Origin: Octopus vulgaris
Lineage: Eukaryota
NCBI GenBank assembly: GCA_951406725.2
Contig: OX597815.1
Span: forward strand, 99,758,001-99,822,000
Length of the DNA: 64,000 nt
Reading direction: 5' to 3'
Part shown: positions 27,831 through 40,860 of the stretch, piece by piece
How the letters are laid out: every line of letters starts with the position of its first letter
How positions within the stretch are numbered: position 1 is the first letter of the stretch
Made by a program: the position numbers and the translations under genes
Notes under the pieces: generated by a model
Seen by the model: only the letters and a program-made list of their open reading frames with translations
Database searches by the model: none
Told to the model about the DNA's origin: nothing

Positions 27831-29099
27831 CGAAATGACGAGAACATCCACTTGAGTTCTTAACGTTTGTAAAACAACTGAAATACGATGTTAGAAGGAC
27901 GTTCTACAACACCGTCAATCATTATAAAAAATTATTTAGATTTAGAAATTCTAAAGTATTGCTAAGAGTTCTCTGTAGAAGATTTCTACAGAATAGAATA
28001 AACGTAGAGATTTCTCAACACAAATCTCGTTTTACACAATATAGTTTTCGAATATAGATATTGGTCCATCAGCTTTTATGAGCTGGTATTCTGGAGTATT
28101 CTGGAGTCTTTAAGCGTGTTGGATAAATTGTTTACGCTAATAGTTCTGTTTGACTATCCTCTGAGTTCGAATCCCGCTTACGTCCGCTTTGCTTTCCATT
28201 CTTTCGGAGTCGGTAAACGAGTCTTGTACTCGTCGATTTTTCTCTTACTCTCGCCTTCTCTCTCTCTCTCTCCTTCTCTCTCTCTCCCTCTATCTATCTA
28301 TCTATCTATCTTTTCCTTTTCCTTTCTGCGTTTATATTATTTCTACAAAAAACAAATCAGCTGTAGTCAGACCTGCAGATGGATGGTCTCCGTTAGGTCT
28401 GAAAATGCCTAAAGTATGATGTATATCATGACTCCATCAATGAAATTAGGTTCCAAAGAAACAGAATATTCTATAATAATGAGTCTAGTACTTTAATTGT
28501 ACTTTGTTTTATCGCATAATAATGACGGATCAAGTCGAATCCAATTGAATTGGAACTCTGAACATCAAGAACCAGAAACATATGACCCAAAGCATTTTAT
28601 TCTGCTTCTTCAGCAAATTTTCCATTCTATAAGCTCACTTACTAGATTTGTTTCTCTTCTCAGACTCAGACTGATGCTTATAATCACTAATATCTGTTTC
28701 CCTGGAAATGTTTCCTTAAATTCTTTGAGTTAATCAAACGGTATTTGATTCTGGCAACATATATACATAATTTTCTTTCACTTATTGAAAAATGTTATTT
28801 TTCATTTTATAAACAGGAAGCTCTACATGTACATACGAAAATTTAGTTTGTTTACCAACAACCACTCCTCAGACTCTATCATCAAATAATCCACTAAAAA
28901 CACAGATTACCTCTTGGCACAAAATCACTAACTACATCTTCGTTAGTCTCGAACTACAGTGTTTGTTCTTCAGTTGATATAGAAACGAAATCAATAGGTA
29001 TCTTCTGTTATGTCTTTGTTTTTGTTTTTTATTGATCTTAACTTGTATATATTTATATGCCTTGTTTTGTAATGTATCAATTTCCCACTGCTTGATTTT

Positions 29100-29978
29100 A
29101 TGTATCTCCGCCTCTTCATCGTATTCGTCTTCCACATTTTCTTATCTTTTTTCCCATTTGCTTGTTCTGCTCATTCGTCTGTTTTGTTTTCTTCTTCGTA
29201 ATTTATTTCAAGTTTTCTTTTGTTCTTATTCTTCTTCTACTTCTTGTTCTTCATCATCATCATCATCACTATCACCATCATCATCATCTTCTTCTTCCTC
29301 CTCCTCCTCCTCCTCCTCTTCTGCCTTTTCCTCTTGTCTATACTTTCTGGTTCTTCAACAGCGACGTCTTCTTTTCCATCTTCCGGACGAATCCCCCGCT
29401 CTCTCTCTGCGTTGCTTCCCTTCTCCCCTTCTTTCACTCTATCCCTCTCCTCTCTTTCTATTCTCACCCCCTCTATCTCTCTCTCTCTTTCTCTCTCTCC
29501 CTCACCCTTCTCTCCGTCTCTGTCTGTCTCTCTTCTCATATTTCTCTTTGAATGATTTCTGTGTTTGTTTACAATCATCCCCGACATTTTGTTTTTATAT
29601 CTTTCTAGATTGCCTCTTCACTCTACATAACTATCCACTCAAACTCTTCTTTACTTTTATTACTTTCACTTTAGTTTCAGCTCATTTCCTCTGAAATACT
29701 GCGCTGTTTATTTATTCACTTATTTATTTGTTTCAATACTTAATTTACTCTCAAGCACATTCTCTTCACAAATAATACTTTTACCTTTATTTCAACACTA
29801 CACACGTAGCTTCTGTTTATTTTCTTTTTTTCTTTCTTTCTTTTTCTTTTCGCTATCATCCCTATCATTTTTTCATCTCATCTACCCTCATTCCCACATG
29901 CCCTGACATTCGTCTTACAACTTTTCCTCTCCTCACATCTCTGTTTATCGCCTATATATACATGCATACATACCTACA

Positions 29979-30027
<49 letters not shown>

Positions 30028-30095
30028 GTATGTAAGTATATATACTTATACACACATGCATACACACAAACACAAGCACACACACAAACTCACAT

Positions 30096-30129
<34 letters not shown>

Positions 30130-30694
30130 TTGTCAAAACCCTCTCCTACTTTTATCAGTCTCAAGGACCTGTCTCTTTACCACTCTCTCTGTCTCTCTCT
30201 CCCTCTTTCCCGCTTTCCCTCTCACCTCTCTCACTTTCTCCCTCTCTCGCTTTCTCTACCCCCTCCCCTTCTCGCTCTCATAACCAACGCCCTCTTTCAT
30301 GTCATTATCCTCCTTCTGACTTCACTCGCTCAGATTTTATTTTCATTTTCAAATGTCTTCTTGAAATGTAATTTAACATTGTATCTGTCAATACACGCAT
30401 GTATGTCGGTTCAATAGTTGGTGTCGTTGATTTTTTTCCCCTCTTATTCTAGGGATCAATTTACGTGGATTTTGTTTCGTCTCCCTTATTCTCGTTGTTT
30501 TTGTTTTGTTTGGGGTTTTTTGGGGGGTTTTTTTGCTTTTATTTTTCTATCGTAAATCAATGTTGTCTCTTCACAGTCATGTACTTATTTTATTATTATC
30601 ATGCTTTCCAATACAATCTTCCTTCCTGACTTTTACCCCATTTTAACTATCTACTTTCTATCGCTGTTTGCACACTCACACACAAACACTCGCT

Positions 30695-30749
<55 letters not shown>

Positions 30750-32005
30750 ACACATATATGTATGTATGTATGTATGTACATTGATACGCAGAGTTATGTA
30801 CCTACATATGTACATACATATATAATGGCATCATCAACGATATGCCATTATGGATATATATATATGTGTATGTGTGTGTGTGTGTGTGTATCTATCTCCC
30901 CATCTATCCATCTATCAATTTACACACACACACGTATATATATATATATATGCCAGTCTATCCATCTATTACTATCATTCCCTTCCCCTCTCTCTCTTAC
31001 TCTCTCTCTCTCTCTCTCTCTCCACTAATAATCTATAATCATTGGGGTTTTTTCTTCTTTAAAACTAATAAATATCTGAATATTTGTTTTACTCCCATTA
31101 CAGCAATTGTTTCTTCATTTCTCTCCTCATCTTTCTCCTCTTAATTTCACTTCTCCTCTCTCTCACTCTCTCTCTCTCTCTCACTCCCTCTCTCACTCTC
31201 ATTCTCTCATCGTCTCCCTCTCTTTTCCCCTGTATACCTATATTCCACTAATCTTTATTTTTATGTCCTTCTTCTTCCTGTTCCTCTGTTTCTGTATCAT
31301 CCCATCCCATCCTTACCTCATACACAGTTCACGATTTGTCCTTCATCCTCATCATCACTCCACCATTACAGTAAGTTAATGACATAACTTACCCTCTCTC
31401 TCCCCTTCTCTCTCTCGTCAATATCTTCGCATCACTCCTACCGTCACCCAAATTACTTCCGCACGTCATTCCACTCTCCGCCACCACCATTCTCACCAAT
31501 CGACATCTTAACTACAGTACCACCACCACCATCACCACTCATCATTCACCACAAATCATCCATCACCACTCACCCTCCACTACAACTCATCATCCACCTC
31601 CACCCATCATCTACCACCACCTACATCCCCATCGATACCTCTACACTACCATCCACATCACCAAAATTCTCCCCTCACCTCCACACCATTGTCCACAACA
31701 CCACATCCTCACAGACGCCGTTATAAAACCCTCCCGAACACAACACACTCCCCCTGCAAAACTACGCCGCCAATTCCTATCACCTCTCTCTCTTTCTGTC
31801 TCTGTGTCTCTCTGTTCCTCTTTCCGTCTCTCTGTCTCACATCCTCTCTCTTTCACTTTTCCCTCTCACACTTTGACTCTCTCTCTCTTTCTTTCTATCT
31901 CTCATTCTCTCTCTCTCTCTCTCAGTCTTTCTATCTCTAATTCTCTCTCTCTCTCAGTCTTTCTATCTCTCATCTCTCTCTCTCTCTCTCTCTCTCTTTC
32001 TATCT

Positions 32006-32069
<64 letters not shown>

Positions 32070-32150
32070 TCGCTCTCTGATTCTCTTTCCCCCTACCACC
32101 ACCACCATCATTCACATCAGTCTCTTTTTACTAAACCAACAGATCTAACC
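29100..32150. repeat. Pyrimidine-rich low-complexity domain: (CT)n, (CAT)n, (CCT)n, (CAC)n arrays
   Basis: Strong C/T bias on the + strand over ~3 kb. Confidence 0.85.
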
Positions 32151-33875
32151 CCCGAAAATAACATCACAAAAAAAAACAAATAAAAGCAAATATCTCCTAA
32201 TTTCTTCCCCAAGATCAGCGGAACCATCCTTGGTTTTTACATTTTCTTTTAATATTTTCTTTCGTTTTCCTTTCGTCATTATTATCTTTCTTTAACCCCC
32301 TCCCCTCGAAACCGATCCCACCTACCTAATCTTCACCTCCGCCCATGCCATTTTTCTTTTTCCCTATTTTTTATCGCTTCCAATTCGACTTGATAATATT
32401 TGCCACAACACAAATAAATAACAACAAAAACAACAGCAACAACTACACCAACAACACCATCAGTAACAACAACAGAAACAAATAAATGCTACGTCCTTGC
32501 ACACAGGCATCGCAGCTAAGGTCATGTGATCAACAACCGGAAGCGCCAGCAATGCCCATTAAACCGTTGCAATACATTGTATAATATTGGCACTTTACTT
32601 TCTTAAACGACATTTAACAATCTTCAGTATGGCAGTGTGCTGCTGTTGTTGTTGATGATGATATTGTTATTGTTGTTATTGTTTATTCTTGTTTTCTATT
32701 GTTGTTGTGTTGTTGGATTTACTTTTACTTTCACTTTAGGTTCTGTTTATTCATGAAATAGAACATATATTTTTTTTCGGTTCTAAATTATCTTCCCGCC
32801 CTTTTTCGTTTGTACTAATTTGTTTTTCATTTCTTTGCTATCTTGTATCTGTTTATCTCATTTCATATATTTGTGTTTGTGTATGTATTTATGTATGTAT
32901 ACATGCATGTATGTATGTATGTATGTATGTATGTATCTATGTATGTATGTATGTATGTATGTATGTATGTATGTATGTATGTATGTATGTATGTATGTAT
33001 GTATGTATGTATGCATGCATATTTGTGTCGATGTATGCCTGTATATAAACGTATTTATATAAATATATGTATGTATATACATACATTTAATATTAAGTTT
33101 TTATGTTTATCTATAATTCTTTTTATACAATACATATATATATATATATTTATATGTATGTATGTATGTATGTAAGTATATATATACATATATATTGTAG
33201 ATATAGTTGTGTGTGCATAATTCTATGTATATATATAAATATATATATATATATTACGCGCGCGCACACAGAGAAAAAGGAGCGAGGGAGAGGAGCGAGA
33301 TAAACTGATGCATTTATTTATTATTTCATGTTATCCGATAACGGGGACATTCTCTATCCCAACAACTTTATTTGGTGTAATTTTTAAGGGATGCTCTCAT
33401 ATTATTTTCATGTTAAGCCTGAGTTTATCTTTCCTCTTCATTTGCTTTCCCTTTTAATTTTCTTCCTCGCACTGGTGCTTTGCTTTTTTTCTATTTTGTT
33501 TGTTTGTTTATTGTTTATTTGTGTACCTCCTGCTTTTTTTTTGTTATTTATGTTAGTTTTATAAATTTGGAAATTACGGAAAGAAATAATTTTGGAAAGA
33601 CAAGATTTAGTAGGGAGGGAAAAAATCAATGACTTTCGGCGAAAGGAAATCGCATACTTCAGAAGCATAGGCAATCTGTTATTAATCACTCGTTTTGGAG
33701 TTTGATGTAATATCGAGTAGATGATGAATATCCGAGGTAAAAAGCATAGTTCAACAATGTATAATGGATGGCATAGGAAAAAGAGGAAGCTGATTTGCCA
33801 AGTGAATTACACGAAATGAAATTTTGAAAATCTTTCTCTTAATGTTCATACCGAGATAATCTGAACGTCTTGCGC

Positions 33876-34019
33876 TTCTTCTTCTTCTTCTTCTTCTTCT
33901 TCTTCTTCTTCTTCTTCTTCTTCTTCTTCTTCTTCTTCTTCTTCTTCTTCTTCTTCTTCTTCATTCTTCTTCTTCTTCTTCTTCTTCTTCTCCTCCTCCT
34001 CCTTCTTCTTCTTCTTCTT
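33876..34019. repeat. (CTT)n/(GAA)n microsatellite
   Basis: Directly visible; source of the poly-F/L ORF. Confidence 0.95.
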
Positions 34020-34415
34020 TCTGTTTATCCTAAGTCGACTCTATTCCAGTACACATATCAGCAAAGCCATTCTGGTCGTGACCATCTCTTCTCTGTTGGG
34101 AAGTCTAGGCCGACAATGGATATTTCTCAAAATGCGACCAGAGTTTACGAACGCATTTGTATCATACATGCAGATTTATCATATACACGATATAAAATTT
34201 AGAGTGTAAATATTTAAACAATAAGAAACAAATTGCTATTTCATAATATATGCATTAATGTGCGTGGACTTTCCTCTATCTCCTGTTTCAGAAGAAGAAC
34301 TTTACTTAAAACGTAAAACCACCTTTCTTTCCTTCCCTGAGCGTATGCTAATACTTTACATGTACCACGTCTTCGCGTAATTTGCTTTTTGTATTTGTTC
34401 GTTTTGGGGTATTTG

Positions 34416-34484
<69 letters not shown>

Positions 34485-34491
<7 letters not shown>

Positions 34492-35114
34492 TGAGGGAGA
34501 TAAATTAATATTAATTTTAAAATCAATTTAAAACCAGTACTCTAGCATACAAAAAATCTGAGAAGTCAGAGAAGTTTCTAATATATGTGTATATTGGCAG
34601 GGCTTGACTGCCAGGAAGTCGGCCGTATGCTAGAAACAGATCATCAACGATCAAACTACAAAGGAATTCTCTAGAGGAAAAATTCAGCGAACACCAGAAC
34701 CAAATTTGGCGGGCAGGACAGATGAAAATTTATATAAAAAACAGAATAAAATGCATACCTCGGTTTCGGCCTTTAACAAAAGAATTACTTACATAATTCA
34801 AATGTCCGTGCTTCTTCAGTGCATTCGTTCATTGTAAATGTAAACTGAAAAAACTAACCCCAGCCTTCCGTGCCAAGACAGACACGTGCTTAGTTTTACC
34901 GATTACATTAGGGATAAAATTTCAAATGTCTTGACTCTGGCGCGCTAAGAAATTCCTGAAGCGAAGAGCTGCAGTAAATAATTCACTGCGGTTAGTGCTT
35001 ACTACTAGAGAACGTATTTATTTCAATATTTAAATAATGCGGGAGATAAATTAATATTAATTTTAAGTTTGATCGTTGATGATCTGTTTCTAGCATACGG
35101 CCGACTTCCTGCCA

Positions 35115-35118
<4 letters not shown>
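34485..35118 (-). mobile_element. Penelope-like pLTR-type mini-element within (TA)n, with direct and inverted sub-repeats
   Basis: Direct repeat 34485-34520/35031-35066; inverted repeat 34612-34657/35066-35111; internal hammerhead; TA runs on both sides. Confidence 0.65.
34750..34825 (-). ncRNA. Type-I hammerhead ribozyme with intact catalytic core
   Basis: AATGCA-CTGAAGA-AG..(GAATTA/TAATTC hairpin)..C-GAAA-CC-GA-GG-TA-TGCATT: perfect 6-bp stem I, CUGANGA, GAAA, GUA cleavage triplet, short stem III. Confidence 0.78.
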
Positions 35119-35145
<27 letters not shown>

Positions 35146-35165
35146 GACATATATGTATATATATA

Positions 35166-35226
<61 letters not shown>

Positions 35227-35273
35227 GAAATATGTTGCAAGAACAAAATATAAAATACACGTGGAAATGTAAC

Positions 35274-35671
35274 GGTAAAATGGGAATAATCAATGAAAAT
35301 GCATATTGCAAATAAAAAAAGGCTATTTATGACAGGTAACGATAAATATATACATTTAGATGGACTGAGGTAGTAATAAGAATCATAAAGTCATTATTAT
35401 CAGATGATTATCAGATGATAATAAAGTAAGAGAACAAAGCGAACCATGGTTTCGGCAAAAATCTATTCATCGCGATGAATAGCTTTTTGCCGAAACCATG
35501 GTTCGCTTTGTTCTCTTACTTTATTATCATCTGATAATCATCTGATAATAATGACTTTTATGATTCTTATTACTACCTCAGTCCATCTAAATGTATATAT
35601 TTGTCGTTACCTGTCATAAATAGCCTTTTTTTATTTGTAATATGCATTTTCGTTGATTTTTCATATTTTAC

Positions 35672-35672
<1 letters not shown>
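35274..35672. repeat. ~400-bp loop-less palindrome centred at 35472/35473, flanked by (TA)n
   Basis: ..CTATTCATCG|CGATGAATAG..; ~199-bp arms with only a handful of mismatches and one indel. Confidence 0.97.
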
Positions 35673-35726
<54 letters not shown>

Positions 35727-35760
35727 GTATGTATGTATGTATATATTATTTATGTATATA

Positions 35761-35792
<32 letters not shown>

Positions 35793-35797
35793 CATAA

Positions 35798-35942
<145 letters not shown>

Positions 35943-35957
35943 AATATATATATACAA

Positions 35958-35999
<42 letters not shown>

Positions 36000-36488
36000 A
36001 CAGAAACTTTGTATATTTGAAGTGGGGGAGAGTATTCGAAAGAATCGGCTATTAATGCATTTTATCGATATCAGAGTGGGGCGAAAGGTAACGTGAATCT
36101 ACAGGATTTCATATCGAAAGAGTGACAACTGAATTTAGTAAGCAAATAACTAAAATTGAATAGTATATAACATTAACATCATTACTCTATCATCTCTCTT
36201 TCTTCACAACAGCAATAAAGAGATTAACATTTACAGTAGAGATAGTATAGTAAATTAACGTCCAGTATATTACTGTTATGTAATCTAAAGAAAATAATCC
36301 TAGATAGCATCTGACAGGCTTTTTAACCAAACTCAAGAAATACTGGAAAATACTTTACCTAGCTTTCATTTTTGTATGGCTAATAAATAAAAAAATAAGT
36401 AATGCCCATCATTTTGTATTTTTTGCTGCTATTTTTCAGTTTATATTTTGTACTTTTATTTATTTATTTTGTTATATTTTCGACACAG

Positions 36489-36593
36489 GTGGTGGAAAAT
36501 TGAGGAAGAATCCACGGCTCATGGACTACAGCCCCATACTCTTCAGACTACAGCCATAGGCCGAATTCTTGCTGTAGAGAGAACTTTGTAAAC
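36489..36593 (+). other. Candidate internal exon
   Basis: Long T-rich tract then CACAG|G acceptor; donors TTT|GTAAAC (36587) or AAC|GTAAGC (36593); non-repetitive, higher-GC body. Confidence 0.4.
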
Positions 36594-37933
36594 GTAAGCA
36601 GTAGGTGATGTTGTCATTGTTGGTAGTAGTGTTTGTGGTGGGGTGGTGGCTTTTTTGTTGGTGGTGGTGGGGGGTTAGTTGTCGGTGAGATGTGGTCCAC
36701 TAAATCTATAAACAAACGCATAATTCCTGTGACCATCCCTTCTTTTCAGACATACTTTATCTCAGACTACCTTATTCAATATGTATCTCCCAGTTTAAGA
36801 CAGTTGAAAGTGATCTGTGGGAGATTTGGCTGTTATTTCTAGCCGTTCAAAAAAACACACATAAAAGCCCTTACATTGGCTCTTTACTAATCGGTGTAAT
36901 TAGATTATTGAGGGTCAAATCTACCACTATGAGAGGTGCAGGACCCTTGATAACCTTCGTTTCAGTTTTCGCCTGCTAAATTTCACTGAAAGAGCTTTGG
37001 TCTACCTGAAGATATGGTCGAAGACACCCATTAAAATGGAGCTCAGTGGCACCGGACCTCAACTACATCATTGCGAAATAACCTTCTTTAATATGTCTTC
37101 CTTCATCCTAAAATCTGCAGATTCTCTTCGGCCACTAGTTTGAGAATGTGACTTATATCAATGAGTGTTTACCTATTAAAGGTAAATTATATGAAAATTA
37201 ACTCGCTGTCCAAATGAGTCACTACAATACATTTATAATGAAAGCTTTTATACGGTCATTCGATCTTCAAAATTGGCAAGAAATATTCATCAGATTACAT
37301 AACCACCCTCCTGGTGCACGAACAAAAGCAATAACAGTCACTAGTTCCAACACCACCAACAGCATACTATAACTAGCAATAGGATGTGCGGTATGTGTGT
37401 GAGTAAAAGGAGAAAGTTTGGATCTAGATTTGTAAAATGTCCGCGGCTGTTTTAGAAGGGAAGGAAGAGCTGGTGAGGGAATTTTGATTTGGTGAGTGGC
37501 AGATAGGCTTTATAGGGAGCGCTGAGAATGATGGCGCTAAATCTTAAATACTTAAGGTAAAAATATAATCAGATGGTCATGATAGCACATTTTTGATAGT
37601 ACGTATCCCTGTTTGATTACTTTATTTGTCTCAATAAGTATTACAGTATTCAAGAACTACGATTCAATAATGCACATACGCTGTAGTCCGTATTATTGAG
37701 TACTTATTGCCCTGTTTGCACACACAAGTCTTCAGCAATCCATACACACGCACATACACAAACACACACACACACACGCATATACACAACACACATACAG
37801 CACACAATACACACAACACATTCACACACACAAAACAGACACAGCAGATACACATACACAAATTGTAAGTATATATGCGTATGTGTGCGTTTACATATAC
37901 ATATATAATATATATATATAAATTATTATTATG

Positions 37934-38020
<87 letters not shown>

Positions 38021-38078
38021 TATGTATATGTTCATATACACATGTATTATATATGCCTATATATAAAATGTATGCGTG

Positions 38079-38115
<37 letters not shown>

Positions 38116-38206
38116 GTATGTATATATATTATACATACATTCATACATGCATATATACATACACACCTATATATATATAATATATATATATATATATACG
38201 ATACAT

Positions 38207-38248
<42 letters not shown>

Positions 38249-39137
38249 TAGCCTATACATACATACAAGCATATATATATATATTAATATTGGTACATAT
38301 ATGTATATACACGCGTGGATATGCACATGTTCGAACATACCATCAACGTTAATATATGTATCACTCCAGAAAAACAGTATTACTTGCGGGAAATAGATTC
38401 TTGTGTTCCATAAATTGATAATATAAACCACCAGAGAAAAAGATATTATTGGTAAAAACGGCGTTGAAAACACGAAATGGAGAACAACTCGAAAAATGAT
38501 GTAAACACAAAAGATTATGTAAAAAAAATATGCGCATCCCCAAATGAAGTGATGTTGATTTGAGAATAAGAGGATAACAGATATTATTAAAGAATACTAG
38601 TTATCATTAATGTCTGTTTGTTGGGTAGATATAATCTACACAGTCAGTATTGTATTCTACACTCTTTTTTCCCCCACACAAATCACTCAAAAGCGTGTGA
38701 GTGAATACGTGAGAATTAATAAACGATGTAGATCTATATAGCAATTCCTAAACAAATCGTATAAATGTAGATATGGATGTGATACTGTATACACACACAT
38801 TCATATATATATATACACAGACACACATACATACACATGAAGTATACGAGTACGCATGACGAAAATAATTTGTACAAGTGCGCTTGTGTGAGGACTTCTG
38901 TATATGTTCACAGATGTCTATGTGTTTGTTCCTGTTGATGCGTGCACACCTCACTACGTATGTGTGAACACATGTAAGAAACGCAGGTATAAACACTCGC
39001 GCACACATACACGTACATTCCGAACATATTGGGACACTTTACGAATTGTCAATAAATGATTTATTTCTTAAAGTATGTATATATGGGGAGGGTTGTGTGT
39101 GTATGTGTGCGTGCATACATATATTCATACATATATA

Positions 39138-40195
39138 CAGAGTGTCCCCAAAATTGTATATATAATTTAACAATCCGTTTCTTTTTAGATTTAATCCGTA
39201 TTATTGAATGGAGACAGACTAAGGTTTTGAACAAATGAAATTGTAATCTGTCAAAAGTGAAAGGCTGTTTAGGAAGGAGCTTCGAAAAGAACCACCTTAC
39301 CGTCCCACCATTATTCGAATTAGTGCTAAGTTTGAAGCGGATTGAACTGTTCAAAAGGTCCTCAAGAAACATTCTGGAAAGTTGTAGACAATGACAAGTC
39401 CCACAAAGCTGGAAAGTGGAGAAGGTATTACCAGACTTCAAGAAAATATTTGCGGCAATCGAACAGCGAGACAAAAATTTCAAAATCAAGCGTCCAATTC
39501 TGAAGCACTGTCATTGGCTATGTTAAATTTAAATAATAGTCTATGCTCTTAATAAAGACGATGCGGACCAAAGAGTAGAGTTTTGCCAGTAGTCCTTGGT
39601 AAAATATGTAGATGATACATACTATCCAACAACTATTTTTCGAAATGACAAGGTTACATTGAAATGACTCGATTAACCTCCACAGTTGCAGCTACTGAGG
39701 GCCTGAGAATCAGTATATTACTGGGAACAACATGAATTACAGTTATTCAACATGAATTACAATCAAATACCAGGATTACAATCATTAGAAGGATTAATTG
39801 GACACCATTTTTCAACGGCACTGTTACTGATCCTATTTACTTGAACTTACTGTGACAATTTGCCATGCCAAATATTCAGAATATGGATTTTAAAATATGT
39901 AGTGTTATTTCCAGTACTATTGGCAACTACACGCTACAATAGGAATATAAGTGCCTACCTTGATGAGATTTGCCAAATTAGGCTTACTTTTATGGACTTA
40001 AAAGTTAAAGTTTGCAGTACAAAACCACCAACAGTCGGCGAATTGAGATCAGTCATCAAACGGGGAAGCATACAATCATTGAACGAAATGTTTCACAATG
40101 TTTGCGATTTCAATGCTTCGTGTTATCAACAGAGCTTGAACCCTTAATTTAATGAGTTTGAAAACAAGATTTCGTAACAAATTGAATTCTGTCTG
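39138..40195 (+). mobile_element. Highly decayed Tc1/mariner-superfamily element
   Basis: TA-CAGAGTGTCCC start, CTG-TA end; relics of GPIFFNGTVT and FQ(Q)DGA..HY..V..YLDE, and KVKV..TKPPTV.ELR motifs. Confidence 0.7.
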
Positions 40196-40349
40196 TAGTT
40201 ATTTGTTCCTCTGCTTCAATTGTAAGAGTGGGACTAGTAGCTGTAGTGGAATCAATAGAGGTTCTAGGGATTCTAACAACAGCAGCAGCAGTAGAAGTCA
40301 TAGTATTAGTGGCTGCTGTGGTTACCAAAAATCCAGGCTTACGACATGA

Positions 40350-40860
40350 TGTTTCAAAACATCGACACTGAAAAAGGATCCCAGGCTGAACTAAATCCAT
40401 CAAAGATCATTATAAAAAGCAAAACATCGTAAATCAATGAAAAAGACTTCACACAATAACAACAGGAACAACTATATACAAAAATACAGAAGATCCAACT
40501 GTGATATATATTTGAACCAAACAGAAGGGTTGGAAATCCATTTTAAATAAGGACAACTCTTCACAATAAAAAAAAAACAAATTACTTCGCCTGTGCATCT
40601 CAAAACTAATTATGAAATGACATGCTCAGTCTGTGGTGAGAAATACACGGAGCAAACCAGGATGTCTTTAAGAAAACATATGACTCTGCAAATTAAAATA
40701 TTGGAATATAGACAAATAGAACTCAATGAACATGTAGAAACATGTTCCGATAAGAAACACCAAATTTTTCTTTCTTCCCCTTAAATGAATTTGCCAACTG
40801 CACGTGAACAAAAGAAAGAACTTTCATAACTAAATACTGACCACTTCCAAACCACAGTGG
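40350..40860 (+). mobile_element. Decayed Penelope-like element, GIY-YIG endonuclease region
   Basis: F(A)CASQN..YEMTCSVCGEKYTEQTRMSLRKHMTL..EYRQIELNEHVETC resembles the PLE GIY-YIG domain; hammerhead relic downstream (GAAACCGGTA at 41334). Confidence 0.75.

Noticed and set aside
32630-32650. TGGCAGTGTG resembling the miR-34 5' end
   Set aside because: The 3' part does not match miR-34 and there is no hairpin partner; at most a target site on the other strand
35366-35375. TGAGGTAGTA, identical to the let-7 5' end, inside the palindrome
   Set aside because: Only 10 nt match, the rest diverges, and it is not positioned in a pre-miRNA-sized hairpin
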